Shown: positions 9,819 through 20,130, counted from the stretch's first letter. The stretch: DNA of 64,000 nucleotides from an uncultured Chloroflexia bacterium (GCA_963724295.1 CAVRUC010000005.1:224001-288000); one strand, 5' to 3'. Numbers and translations are program-made. Notes: a model not told the origin generated them from the letters alone.

Positions 9819-11045
9819 GTGACAGCCCCCCGGAAGCGAGGAGACCAACCTGCCAGACCGCGCCCTCGGTTTCAGTTCAACGTGTCGCGCAAGCTCGCCG
9901 CCGCGGCGGGTGTCGCCGCCCTCCTCTTGCTCCCGCTCGGCGTCATCGTCGCCAATGCCCAGGACACTACGCTGCAGTCTCGCTACGTCGTCGAGCCAGG
10001 CGATACGCTGGACAGCGTCGCCGCGGAGTTCGGAGTCGATCCGGCGGCGATTCTCGCGGCCAGTGCCGTCGAGAACCCTCCTTCGCTCGCCCCCTCCGAG
10101 ATCATCGTCATTCCGGACCCGAACGAATCTCCCGAGGCAGCCGCCTGGAACGCGAGCCAGCAGGAAGGCGCCAGCCCGTTCGTCACCGGCGCCCATGACG
10201 TCGCGCCCGGCGAGACGCTCGCCGAGATCGCCGCCGGCTATGGTCTCGATCCCTGGGCACTGGCGACGTTCAACGGGCTGGCCGACATCGACACCCTGCA
10301 CGCGGGTCAGCGGCTCCGCATTCCCGTCACCGACACCGCTATCGACCCGGCCGCTGGAGAGCTGACTGTTTCATCGTCAGTGGAACCGGTCGCCGAGACC
10401 GCGGAAACCTGGGTCGACACTGGCGCCTGGGCTGAAGAAGCGCAGTGGGCGCCCGAGGCTGCCGGCGGACTCGACGCCGGCTGGGAGGAGCCAGTCAGTG
10501 GCCCGGTCTTCGCCGCCGACGTCCCCGCTTACTTCCAGATGTACTCGCTTTCCTGCGAATACGCCGCCGCCTACATCGCCACCTCCGCTTTCGGCTGGGG
10601 CGTCCCGGAATCGGCGTTCATCGAGCGGATAGGCATATCCGCAAATCCGCACTGGGGATACCGTGGCAATATTCACGGAGCCTGGGGCGGCAGCGACGAC
10701 TACGGCGTTTATCCGGAGGCGCTTGCGCCGACGCTCAACGAATTCGGATTCATCGCCGACGTCTTCTACGGCGGCGACGCGGCCTCGCTCACCGCGCGCA
10801 TCGACGCCGGGATGCCGGTCATGACCTGGCTGGGCTACTTCGGCGACACCGCCTGGGTGCAGGAGGACGAAGGCGCTTACCTGCTCGCCCCTGGACTGCA
10901 CGTCGTCACCGTCTACGGCTACGACGACGGTGGCGTCTATGTCTCGAACCCCGGCCGCGGCAATTTCGACTACTACGCCTGGGGCGATTTTCTCAGTATG
11001 TGGAGCGTCCTCGACGGCATGGCCCTGGGTGTAGCCCCGCTCTAG
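9819..11045 (+). CDS. LysM x2 + C39-like peptidase domain exported protein (start uncertain)
   Basis: Hydrophobic signal/TM, LysM motifs YVVEPGDTL and HDVAPGETL, Q..SLSCEYAA, HVVTVYGYD, VYVSNP. Confidence 0.85.
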   Translation: MTAPRKRGDQPARPRPRFQFNVSRKLAAAAGVAALLLLPLGVIVANAQDTTLQSRYVVEPGDTLDSVAAEFGVDPAAILAASAVENPPSLAPSEIIVIPDPNESPEAAAWNASQQEGASPFVTGAHDVAPGETLAEIAAGYGLDPWALATFNGLADIDTLHAGQRLRIPVTDTAIDPAAGELTVSSSVEPVAETAETWVDTGAWAEEAQWAPEAAGGLDAGWEEPVSGPVFAADVPAYFQMYSLSCEYAAAYIATSAFGWGVPESAFIERIGISANPHWGYRGNIHGAWGGSDDYGVYPEALAPTLNEFGFIADVFYGGDAASLTARIDAGMPVMTWLGYFGDTAWVQEDEGAYLLAPGLHVVTVYGYDDGGVYVSNPGRGNFDYYAWGDFLSMWSVLDGMALGVAPL

Positions 11046-11132
11046 CCACAGCAGCGTCGCCGACGGAGACCATTCTGCCGGACCAACCGGGAGTCACCTA
11101 TACTCTCTCCAGCATCACCCTGGAGCCGCGAC

Positions 11133-11939
11133 ATGCTTCATCTTGCCCCCATGCTGGATCTGCGTCCGCCGGGCGACGCCGTTCATGCGTACCTCACGCT
11201 CCCGGCCCAGGCCATCCGCCCACTGGAATCCGCGGTTAGCGCGCTTGCCGATCCGAACGTGGCCTATCTTCTACTCGTGCTCGGGTTCCTCGGACTCTTT
11301 CTCGAGCTCTCAAGCCCTGGCGCGTCGATACCTGGAGCAATCGGCGTCATCAGCCTCATTCTGGCCGCGATCGGGCTCTCGCAGCTCCCTTTCGACTGGC
11401 GAGGAGCATTGTTGATTCTGGTCGCGTTTCTGCTCTTTTTCGCCGACGTCTTCGTACCTTCGCTGGGTCTGCTGACCCTGTCGGGGCTGGCATTGCTCGT
11501 GGCAGGATCGTACGTGTTATTCGATGAAACACAAGGCGTCTTCGTCAACCGGCAGCTGATCTGGGCGATAGCGGCCAGCTTGGTCGTTATGTTTGTCGTC
11601 ATCGGCGGATTCGCGCTATCGGTCTGGCGTCGCAAACCAACCACCGGCCGCGAGGGCTTGGTCGGCGCGGTTGGCACCGTACGGAAGCCTCTCGATCCAG
11701 ATGGCGTCGTCTTCGTCGCCGGCGAACTGTGGCAAGCAACTGCCGCCAGCGACAGCGACGCGGCCGCGCCGCCCATCCCGGAGCGCGTACCGGTGACCGT
11801 GACTGCTGTGGACGGTCTCAGACTCCTCGTGCGTCGCGCCACCGCCGTCGAAGTTGAAGCCGCCGGCGTCGCGGTGATGGGAGACTTGCGTCCGGCAACG
11901 AGCCAGGAGGCGGCGCTCTCGCTCGTCGACACACCGTGA
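11133..11939 (+). CDS. nfeD: NfeD family membrane protein (TM + OB fold, no N-terminal protease domain)
   Basis: DPNVAYLLL...ELSSPG TM region, TGREGLVG...[14 protein letters not shown] fold; upstream of the SPFH gene. Confidence 0.85.
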   Translation: MLHLAPMLDLRPPGDAVHAYLTLPAQAIRPLESAVSALADPNVAYLLLVLGFLGLFLELSSPGASIPGAIGVISLILAAIGLSQLPFDWRGALLILVAFLLFFADVFVPSLGLLTLSGLALLVAGSYVLFDETQGVFVNRQLIWAIAASLVVMFVVIGGFALSVWRRKPTTGREGLVGAVGTVRKPLDPDGVVFVAGELWQATAASDSDAAAPPIPERVPVTVTAVDGLRLLVRRATAVEVEAAGVAVMGDLRPATSQEAALSLVDTP

Positions 11940-11994
11940 AGACCCCTGCGATTTGCTACTGGGGGCGTTCGACATTCTAGTGGGAGTAGAGAGC

Positions 11995-12801
11995 ATGGAA
12001 TGGTCCTGGTTCGTCGTCGTGGCAGTTCTGCTCATCATCCTGGTTGTCCTGGCCGCGACCATCAAGATCGTCAAGGAGTACGAGCGCGGCGTCGTCTTTC
12101 GCCTTGGCCGGCTAGTCGGTCCTCGCGGTCCGGGCCTCATCTTGCTGGTGCCATTCATCGAGCGCATGCAGAAGATCGACCTTCGCACGGTCACGCTCGA
12201 TGTCCCGGCCCAGGAAGTCATCACCCGTGACAACGTCACCGTGCGAGTCAATGCGGTCGCCTATTTCCGCGTCCTCGACCCCAATGCCGCCATCGTCAAC
12301 GTGACCGACTACAACCGCGCCACATCCCAGATCGCGCAGACGACGCTGCGCTCGGTGCTTGGTCAGTCGACGCTGGACGACCTGCTATCGGAGCGGGACA
12401 AGATCAACGAGCAGCTGCAACGCATCATCGACGAGCAGACCGAGCCGTGGGGCGTCAAGGTCAGCATCGTCGAGGTCAAGGACGTCGAGCTGCCGCAGAC
12501 CATGCAGCGGGCCATGGCACGTCAGGCCGAGGCCGAGCGCGAGAAACGGGCCAAGGTGATCCATGCTGAGGGTGAGCTGGAGGCAAGTCAGAAATTGGCT
12601 CAGGCGGCAGTTGTCATCGACCAGAATCCGCTCGGCATCCAGCTTCGCTACCTGCAGACGCTGACCGAGATCGGTGCCGAGAAGAACACCACGGTCGTCT
12701 TTCCGCTGCCGATCGACCTCATTGGCGGTCTCTTCCAACGCTCCAATGGGCCCGAGCCAGCGCCAATCGCCGGCAAGTCCGACGAAGTTGCACTTGGCTA
12801 G
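11995..12801 (+). CDS. SPFH/stomatin-like (slipin) protein
   Basis: [43 protein letters not shown]. Confidence 0.95.
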   Translation: MEWSWFVVVAVLLIILVVLAATIKIVKEYERGVVFRLGRLVGPRGPGLILLVPFIERMQKIDLRTVTLDVPAQEVITRDNVTVRVNAVAYFRVLDPNAAIVNVTDYNRATSQIAQTTLRSVLGQSTLDDLLSERDKINEQLQRIIDEQTEPWGVKVSIVEVKDVELPQTMQRAMARQAEAEREKRAKVIHAEGELEASQKLAQAAVVIDQNPLGIQLRYLQTLTEIGAEKNTTVVFPLPIDLIGGLFQRSNGPEPAPIAGKSDEVALG

Positions 12802-12949
12802 AACGGGCCTCTGATCCGGGGCGCGCCTCCAGACTGAGCGGTCGAGGCTGCTTGCCGTTCAGGCAGCCTTCTCTCGGGCACCGCACCGACGAGCAAGCAT
12901 GGCGCAGATGTACCTGCAACTCTGCGCTTTCTTGGGAGGATGAAGGCCC

Positions 12950-13754
12950 ATGCCCTACGCCAGCAATGAAGGCGTCCGCATCCACTATGAGGTGGAAGGA
13001 AGCGGTCCACCGCTGTTCCTCCACGTCGGCTTCCTTGGAACTCTCGAAGACTGGCGCCGCGAGGACACTCGCTACGTCGAGGCGCTGCGTGACGCCTATC
13101 GCCTCCTCCTCCTCGACCCCCGCGGCCAGGGCCGCAGCGACGCGCCGCACGATCCCTCGGCCTACACGCTCGAGCAGCGGGTGGGCGATGTGCTGGCGGT
13201 CCTCGACGCTGAGGGCATCGAACGCACGCACTACTGGGGTTACTCGATGGGCGGTTGGGTCGGCTTTGGGCTCGGCACGCCAGGCTCCTGACCGGGTCGT
13301 CTCGTTGGTGCTGGGCGGGGCTGATCCATTTGAGCAAGGCACTGGACCCATCGAGGACGATGCCTGGCTGCGCCTCTTCCGCCAGGGCATGCCGGCCTTT
13401 GTCGCCGATTGGGAGAGGCACGATCCGAATATGGCCGCGATCATGCGGGAACGGTGGCTGGCTCTTGATGCCCAGGCGATGGCCGCCGCGCAGGAAGCCG
13501 GTCTCAATGCGCCGAGTCTTGAAGACGCACTCCCCGCCATCGAGACACCGACGCTGATCTACTTCGGTACGGACGACTACCCCGACCGGCTGCCGGAGCG
13601 AGCCGCCGCGAAGATGCCAAACGCGACCGTCGTGGCGCTCGAAGGGCTGAACCACTCCCAGGCAATCCGACGCAGCGACCTCGTCTTGCCCCACGTTGAG
13701 GCATTCCTCGACCGGGTCACTGGTACTACAGTGGAACGTGCCGGCCCCAAATAG
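12950..13754 (+). pseudogene. Alpha/beta hydrolase split by a +1 frameshift near 13274 (possibly a sequence error)
   Basis: ORF 12950-13291 has DPRGQGRS and GYSMGG; the C-terminal half (ARQAPDRVVSLVL...GTDD...GLNH) continues in another frame. Confidence 0.8.
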
Positions 13755-13964
13755 AGCCAATTCGAGCGACAGAATCGCCTCTCTTCGGCCACATGGCACG
13801 AGAACCCGGGAAGATCCCTTGTGCGACGTGCAACTGCGCTGAGCGACACGACGTCTAATTCCTGCTAGGGCAGCCCCTATGGCCCGCAGGAGTTCCCCGC
13901 CTGAGCTCGTGACGGTAAGAGGTAAACGGATCCGGGCGTGCAATCCGCGCCCGCACCTGGCAGG

Positions 13965-13991
13965 TGTCACGCGGAGCGAGTCCAAATCGTC
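13965..13991 (+). promoter_or_regulatory. ECF41-type promoter TGTCACG-N16-CGTC
   Basis: One mismatch to the ECF41 consensus TGTCACA-N16-CGTC; lies upstream of the ECF41 sigma gene. Confidence 0.6.
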
Positions 13992-14189
13992 TCCTGATTG
14001 ACGGAATCGGTTCATGCGTTGCTGGCGAACTGACGTGACCGCCAGCCAGCCACGAACCGGATCGACCGATCGAATCGCTGGAGGCGAATAATGGTGTCCA
14101 TCGATCCTCAGACAGGATCTCGTCTCGATGACAGTTGGCGTGACCTGCCAGGATCCAGACCATCACGTCGTGCCCGCGTGGAGTTCGAT

Positions 14190-15095
14190 ATGACCGCAAG
14201 TGAGCCCTTTCTCGAGCATCGTTCGCTCCTCTTCGCCATCGCCTATCGCATGCTCGGCAGCGTGGCCGACGCCGAGGATGCAGTCCAGGAGACCTACCTT
14301 CGCTGGAGCCGCACGACGGGGCAGGGCGAAGAGATCCACTCTCCCAAGGCGTGGTTGACCACCACCATCAGCCGCGTCTGCCTCGATCAGCTCGGCTCGG
14401 CCCGGGTGAAGAGGGAGCAATATGTCGGGCCCTGGCTGCCCGAGCCTCTGGCCGGTGTGACACCCGATGTCGCCGAGACCGTCGCCGATTTCGACTCGCT
14501 CTCGATCGCCTTCCTGGTGCTCCTGGAGTCGCTCTCGCCCAAGGAGCGAGCCGTCTTCCTCCTGCACGACGTGTTCGGCTATGACTTCGCCTCGATCGGC
14601 GAGATCGTCGGCGAGAGCGACGCCTATTGCCGGCAGCTCGCCAAACGCGCCCGGGCGCACATGGTCGAACGTCGTCCGCGTTTCGCGGCCGATCGCGCCC
14701 AGCAGGAGCGGCTCACGACTGGCTTCCTGCGCGCCGTATCTGAAGGTGACATGCCGGCCCTCATCGAGACTCTGACCGACGACGTGGTCGTCTTCTCGGA
14801 CGGAGGCGGCAAGGTCAACGCGGCTCGTAAACCGGTTATCGGTCGCGACAAGGTGGCTCAGTTCTTGACCAACCTCGCGCGCCTCGCACCGGAGGGGACC
14901 AGCTTCCGCACCGAGACGATCAATGGTCAGCCGGGAATCGTGACCCTCATCGACGGTGTGCTGCAAAACGTCGTGACGTTCGATTTCGCCGATTCCGCCA
15001 TCAGAACCGTCTACATCGTCGTCAACCCCGAAAAGCTGGTCCCCGTCGCCTCGGCCTTGTCCGGCTCCGGGCGAACCGAGGACCAAACACATTGA
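14190..15095 (+). CDS. ECF41 (SigJ-like) RNA polymerase sigma factor with SnoaL-like extension
   Basis: DAEDAVQE, YVGPWLPEP, SDGGGK and NPEKL motifs. Confidence 0.93.
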   Translation: MTASEPFLEHRSLLFAIAYRMLGSVADAEDAVQETYLRWSRTTGQGEEIHSPKAWLTTTISRVCLDQLGSARVKREQYVGPWLPEPLAGVTPDVAETVADFDSLSIAFLVLLESLSPKERAVFLLHDVFGYDFASIGEIVGESDAYCRQLAKRARAHMVERRPRFAADRAQQERLTTGFLRAVSEGDMPALIETLTDDVVVFSDGGGKVNAARKPVIGRDKVAQFLTNLARLAPEGTSFRTETINGQPGIVTLIDGVLQNVVTFDFADSAIRTVYIVVNPEKLVPVASALSGSGRTEDQTH

Positions 15096-15130
15096 CGTCG
15101 TCGATCTCGGCGATTGGAAAGGAGATCCCA

Positions 15131-16564
15131 ATGACAACCGTTTTCGTTACCGGCCCAACCGGAGTCCTTGGCCGGGCAACGATCCCGGACTTGCTCGCTT
15201 CCGGGCACACCGTCCGAGCCCTCTCTCGCGGCGAAGCGAGCGATGCCGCTATCCGCGCCCTCGGCGCCGAGCCTGTGCGCGGCGATCTTTTCGACCCGGA
15301 CTCGCTGCGGGAAGCGGTTGCTGGCGCGGATGCCGTCCTCCATCTGGCCACGCGGATTCCACCCAGCTCCGAGGTGCGGCATCGCTCTGCCTGGGCCGAG
15401 AACGACCGCATCCGCGCTGAAGGCACGAAGAACCTCGTCGACGCCGCTCTCGCAGCGGACGTCCGGGTATTCGTCTATCCCAGCTTCGCCTTTGTCTATC
15501 CCGATAGCGGCGATGCATGGATCGACGCCGTATCGACGCCGGTCGATCTGACCGATATCCTGCACTCGACGATTGCTGCCGAGGGAGAGGTTGCGCGCTT
15601 CGCCGAAGGCGGCCGGCGCGGAGTTTCGCTGCGGCTGGGTGGCCTTTATGGAATTGACGTCCCCTCGACCACCGAGCAGCTCCAGCTCGCCCGGCGCGGG
15701 TTTTCGATGTTCGGCAGCGCCCCCAAGGCGTTCACTCCGACGCTCTGGATCGGCGACGCCGCCTCGGCTCTCGTCGCCGCGCTAGACCGCGCTCCGTCCG
15801 GCATCTATGACGTCGTTGACGACGAACCTGTCCGGCAGTGGCAGGTCAAAGCCGCTCTCGCTACGGCCGCGGGGCGACGAAGTGTGCTGTCACTCCCAGG
15901 CTGGCTAACGCAGTTGGTGGCCGGCCCAGCCGCGGAAGTGTTCGGCAGAAGCCTGCGTATCTCCAATCGCCGCTTCCGCGAGGCGACCGGGTGGGCGCCA
16001 GAAGTCCGCAACGCGGTCGAAGGCATGGCGCGAGTAGGCGCCGGGAATCCAGTCACTCCGACATTGCGCGTACCCGCCACCGTCCGTTTGGGCCTCTGGG
16101 CGATGGCGTTCTTCAGCCTCTTCGCGGGGATCCAGCAGCAATTCGCCCCCCGCTCGTTCTTCGACGACTTCCCGGGATTCGGAATGCAATGGGTCGCGGT
16201 CGACGGACCGTACAACGAGCACCTGCTGCGCGATCTGGGTGGCGCGAACCTCGCGCTCGCCGTCGTCATCTTCTTCGCGATCGCCCGGCCCACGGCAGGA
16301 CTCGTTCGCGCGGTCGCGGCGGCGATGCTGGTCGCTCAGGTGCCGCATTTCATCTACCACGCCGCGCACCTCGACATCTTGCCGACGGCGCTCGATCGCG
16401 TTTTGCAAACGGCGTCCCTGGCGATGACCCTGGCAATCCCGCTGCTCGTCCTGCTGCGGGCGGGCGGCATCCGCCAGGAACGCGAGGCGTCAGCTCAACC
16501 AGCTGCAACCGACCATAGGAGAACGTCCCAACAGCGGCCCCTGCTACTCACGTCTACTCGCTGA
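15131..16564 (+). CDS. NAD(P)-dependent epimerase/SDR fused to a C-terminal 4-TM domain
   Basis: VTGPTGVLG Rossmann motif; C-terminal PYNEHLLRDLG...PHFIYHAAH membrane domain; AAAGGAG RBS. Confidence 0.85.
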   Translation: MTTVFVTGPTGVLGRATIPDLLASGHTVRALSRGEASDAAIRALGAEPVRGDLFDPDSLREAVAGADAVLHLATRIPPSSEVRHRSAWAENDRIRAEGTKNLVDAALAADVRVFVYPSFAFVYPDSGDAWIDAVSTPVDLTDILHSTIAAEGEVARFAEGGRRGVSLRLGGLYGIDVPSTTEQLQLARRGFSMFGSAPKAFTPTLWIGDAASALVAALDRAPSGIYDVVDDEPVRQWQVKAALATAAGRRSVLSLPGWLTQLVAGPAAEVFGRSLRISNRRFREATGWAPEVRNAVEGMARVGAGNPVTPTLRVPATVRLGLWAMAFFSLFAGIQQQFAPRSFFDDFPGFGMQWVAVDGPYNEHLLRDLGGANLALAVVIFFAIARPTAGLVRAVAAAMLVAQVPHFIYHAAHLDILPTALDRVLQTASLAMTLAIPLLVLLRAGGIRQEREASAQPAATDHRRTSQQRPLLLTSTR

Positions 16565-16592
16565 CGCGTTCAACGGGTTCTCAAGAGGCCAT

Positions 16593-16687
16593 GTGTCACT
16601 CTGAACGCAGTGAACTTGCAGAATCTCGGCGCCGCCGTATTAGCAAGTGGATGCCGAGATTCTTCGCCTGCGGGCTCTGAACGACAC
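16593..16687. repeat. REP-like palindromic element (GTGTCACTCTGAACGCAGTGAA..GAATCTCGGC / GCCGAGATTCTTCG..GACAC)
   Basis: Inverted arms AGAATCTCGGC / GCCGAGATTCT; same architecture as the elements at 4409 and 20048. Confidence 0.65.
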
Positions 16688-16792
16688 CGACTTTGGCTCG
16701 CTGCCCTCAACAGCCCTTTCCGTCCTCCGCGACCGATCAGACATACAATCGTTTCATTCGAAACGAGCCCGTAATGCGGAGGATGCGACTGC

Positions 16793-17089
16793 ATGAACCC
16801 CGACGAGACGCCTCGGCACGAATCGGTCGACCACGTTCACCCGACCGACGCCGGATTGATGGATCCGACTGGGGAAGACGTCCCCGGTACCGGGATCATG
16901 GGCGACGAGACGCTCGTCCACGATCTGGATGATGGGAAGCCGCCGGGGATCTACCCTGATCCTCCGGCGCACACAGGAGGCATTGCTCACCCCGGCCCGA
17001 CGCCCGCCGAAATCGAAGACGAGATCGAACGACCGGCTGACCGGCGCCAGGGTGGAGTCGCGGAGACAACCGGACGGGAGGGGAAGTGA
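16793..17089 (+). CDS. Small acidic hypothetical protein
   Basis: GGAGGA RBS; GTGA overlap with the next gene. Confidence 0.6.
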   Translation: MNPDETPRHESVDHVHPTDAGLMDPTGEDVPGTGIMGDETLVHDLDDGKPPGIYPDPPAHTGGIAHPGPTPAEIEDEIERPADRRQGGVAETTGREGK

Positions 17090-18270
17090 AGATCACTCGC
17101 GCGACGACCTATGTCGTGGGAAATCCCTGGAAGAACTGGCTCTTTGTCCGGCTCGACACCGACCAGCCTGGACTCTATGGCGTCGGCGAGGGCACGCTGA
17201 ACGCGTTCGCGCGGACTATCGAGACGGCTATCCACGAGCTGGCTCCACGTTACGAGGGGATGGACCCTTTCCAGGTCGAAACGATCTATCAACGCATGAC
17301 TCGCGATCTCTACTCTGACGGTGGCCAGATTCACGGCAATGCCGTCGCCGCCATCGAGGAGGCCTGCTGGGACATCATCGGCAAGGAAACGGGCAGACCG
17401 GTCTACGATCTCCTCGGCGGGCGCTATCACGAGGATCTGCCCGCCTACGCCAACGGCTGGTACGTCGGTCCACGCACCCCCGAGAGCTTTGCCGAGCGGG
17501 CCGCCGAGGTGGTGGCTCGCGGCTACAAAGCGCTCAAGTTCGACCCGTTCGGGTCAGCCTGGCGGACTATGACCCCGTGTGACCGTCAGCTCTCGCTCGA
17601 TATCGTCCGCGCGGTGCGCGAGACCGTCGGTCCCGAGGTCCAGATCATGGTCGAGGGGCACCGCCGCTTCAGCGTCTCGGAAGCCATTTGGGTCGGCGAT
17701 CACATTGCCGAGTTCGAGCCGACCTGGTTCGAGGAGCCGACCGACCACACGAAGATCGACGCCACGGCCGAGGTGGCGCGCCGCATCAATGTCCCCGTGT
17801 CCGCCGGGGAAAGCTTCCACACGACGCACCAGTTCGCGGAATTGTTGAAGTACAACAGCGTCCACATCCTGCAACCCGATCCCTCGACCATGGGTGGCAT
17901 CCTGCGCACGCGGATGGTCTGCGCCATGGCCGACGCGAGCTACGCCGTAGTCGCGCCCCATCAGGCACAGGGACCAATCGCCACCGCGGTCTGCGTCCAG
18001 ATCGGCGCCTGCACTCCGAACCTATTGGTGCAGGAGCTTTTCGACGAGTTCAACGTCGACTGGGAGCGCGAGATCGTCACCCCTCCGGTGCACGTGGTCG
18101 ACGGGCGTATTCAGATCTCGGACGCACCGGGACTTGGCATCGACGTCAACTGGGCCGAAGCGGAAAAGCACCCGTATCAGGTCACGAATTTCTTACCGCT
18201 CTTCTCGCCGGGCTGGGAGCGTCGCGAGGGCGCACAACCCGACATCGACGCCAGCGACGAGACGGCCTGA
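17086..18270 (+). CDS. Mandelate racemase/galactonate dehydratase-like enolase-superfamily enzyme
   Basis: WDIIGK, AYANGW, KFDPFG, WFEEP, AGE, QPD motifs. Confidence 0.9.
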   Translation: MKITRATTYVVGNPWKNWLFVRLDTDQPGLYGVGEGTLNAFARTIETAIHELAPRYEGMDPFQVETIYQRMTRDLYSDGGQIHGNAVAAIEEACWDIIGKETGRPVYDLLGGRYHEDLPAYANGWYVGPRTPESFAERAAEVVARGYKALKFDPFGSAWRTMTPCDRQLSLDIVRAVRETVGPEVQIMVEGHRRFSVSEAIWVGDHIAEFEPTWFEEPTDHTKIDATAEVARRINVPVSAGESFHTTHQFAELLKYNSVHILQPDPSTMGGILRTRMVCAMADASYAVVAPHQAQGPIATAVCVQIGACTPNLLVQELFDEFNVDWEREIVTPPVHVVDGRIQISDAPGLGIDVNWAEAEKHPYQVTNFLPLFSPGWERREGAQPDIDASDETA

Positions 18271-18285
18271 TGTGAGCCGGACGTC

Positions 18286-19194
18286 ATGAGTGCTGGAGAA
18301 GCTCTTCACGGGTGCATCCCGATCCTGGTAACCCCGTTCACCGACGATGGGTCGCTCGATCTGGAGAGCCTCGAGCGCGAGATCGAATGGGTTCTGGCGG
18401 AAGGCGCCAGCGGCGTCGCCTGCGTCGCCATCGCCAGCGAGGGCTACAAGCTGGCTGAAACGGAGCGCGATGCGGTGATCGGCGCCACCGTCCGTCGCGT
18501 CGGCGGCCGCGTGCCGGTCGTCGCCTCCGCGGATGGACCCGGCGAAGAGCCGGCCATCGACCGCGCCCGTCGCGCCGCGGCGCTTGGCGCCGACGCGTTG
18601 ATGGTGCTCCCTTCGTACTTCGTCAAACCCGGTCCTGAGGCCCTGATGTCGTACTACGAGCGCATGGCAGAGGCTTCAGGCCTCCCGATCATGCTCCAGG
18701 ACGCGCCGCAATTGACAGGCGTATCGATGTCTCCGGCACTCTGGGCGCGCATGGCCGAAGCTACGCCCGGACTCCGCTACATCAAAGTCGAGGGCACGCC
18801 ACAGGGTCCGACGATCTCGGAGACGCTACGCCTGTGTGGCGATCGCGTCGGCGTATTCTGCGGTTGGGGTGGATTGAGCCTGCTCGATGCGCTGGAGCGC
18901 GGCGCAATCGGCAACATGCCGGCGCCGAACTTCACCCGGTTCTTCGCCGGCGTGCAGCGGCTGTGGGAAGCGGGTGAAAGGGAGCGCGCCGAGCAGCTCT
19001 TCGATCCCGGAGTCCCCTTCGTGATGTGGACCATGCAGTCGATCGACCACTCGGTGACCGCCGCCAAAGTCGAGCTTCACCGGCGCGGCGTTATCGCCTC
19101 GGTCCGGCTGCGGCAGCCCGCGCTGGCGCTCGACGGCATCGCCCTCGGCCAGCTAGCACGGTTCCTCGATCGACGGCTTGCGGCAACCGGGTGA
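18286..19194 (+). CDS. DHDPS/NAL-family aldolase
   Basis: ILVTPF, ASEG, LQDAP, YIKVE Schiff-base lysine. Confidence 0.88.
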   Translation: MSAGEALHGCIPILVTPFTDDGSLDLESLEREIEWVLAEGASGVACVAIASEGYKLAETERDAVIGATVRRVGGRVPVVASADGPGEEPAIDRARRAAALGADALMVLPSYFVKPGPEALMSYYERMAEASGLPIMLQDAPQLTGVSMSPALWARMAEATPGLRYIKVEGTPQGPTISETLRLCGDRVGVFCGWGGLSLLDALERGAIGNMPAPNFTRFFAGVQRLWEAGERERAEQLFDPGVPFVMWTMQSIDHSVTAAKVELHRRGVIASVRLRQPALALDGIALGQLARFLDRRLAATG

Positions 19195-19283
19195 TACCGT
19201 TCGCGGGCGGCGTGCGTATATGCCGGTAGCAGGCTGATGAACAAGGCGACTAAAAGCCAACTCGAAGAATCCGGAGCGCCGCA

Positions 19284-19988
19284 ATGCCCGATCGTTCGCA
19301 CCTGGTGACCCGTCGCTCAGTCCTCGCCGGTGTCGCCGTTCTGGCCGTTACTGCCACGCACCGCCTCGTCACCGCCAGGGCGCAGGACGCCACACCGGCG
19401 GCCGTCGCCACACCATCCGCGGGCAGCAGTGGCATCCAACCGACCGGGGTTGGCGATGTGCCCAGCACCGGGGCCAGGCGGCCAGGCCCGGCGAACGTCG
19501 CACTCGAGCGCGCGCGGACCGACGTGGTCGCGCCCGTCGGCTTGGCGATCGAATCTGCCGGCATCGACGCCGGCATCGAATCGCTGCGCGTCGTCGATGG
19601 GGCGATGCAGGATCCGACCGGACCCTGGGTCGTCGCCTGGTACGAGAACCTCGGCTCCCTCGGCACCGCCGGCAACGTCGTGATGGCGGGGCACATTGAC
19701 TATTGGAACGTCGGTCCCGCCGTCTTCTACAACCTCTCGACGCTTGAAGCGGGTGACGAGATCGTTGTCGCCGGCGACGACGGCAAGACGTACCCCTTCA
19801 CGGTCGAATGGGTCCGCCAATACGACTCGGCGTCGATCCCGTTGGACGAGGTAGCCGGACCGACGGAGGATCAGAGCCTGACCCTGATCACCTGCGGCGG
19901 AGCGTTCGACTACGCAAACGGCCTCTACCTGCAGCGAACCGTGGTCCGCGCCAACCGCGCTGGCTCTCAACCACTACCTGCCACCTGA
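19284..19988 (+). CDS. Class F sortase with Tat-like signal
   Basis: VAWY, GNVVMAGH, LTLITCGG..R; N-terminal TRRSVL. Confidence 0.9.
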   Translation: MPDRSHLVTRRSVLAGVAVLAVTATHRLVTARAQDATPAAVATPSAGSSGIQPTGVGDVPSTGARRPGPANVALERARTDVVAPVGLAIESAGIDAGIESLRVVDGAMQDPTGPWVVAWYENLGSLGTAGNVVMAGHIDYWNVGPAVFYNLSTLEAGDEIVVAGDDGKTYPFTVEWVRQYDSASIPLDEVAGPTEDQSLTLITCGGAFDYANGLYLQRTVVRANRAGSQPLPAT

Positions 19989-20047
19989 GCCGCCGCACGG
20001 GTGTGACCTGGGCCGAACCGTTGCTCTAGAGCGGCACCACTTACCTG

Positions 20048-20130
20048 GTGTCATCCCGAGGCTCGAGGGATCTCATCGTGGTGCCGCGCGTCCACCGATT
20101 CACGAGATCCAACCTTCGCCGGACTGACAC
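20048..20130. repeat. REP-like palindromic element (GTGTCATCCCGAGGCTCGAGGGATCTC...GAGATCC..TGACAC)
   Basis: Left arm nearly identical to 4409-4435. Confidence 0.7.
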
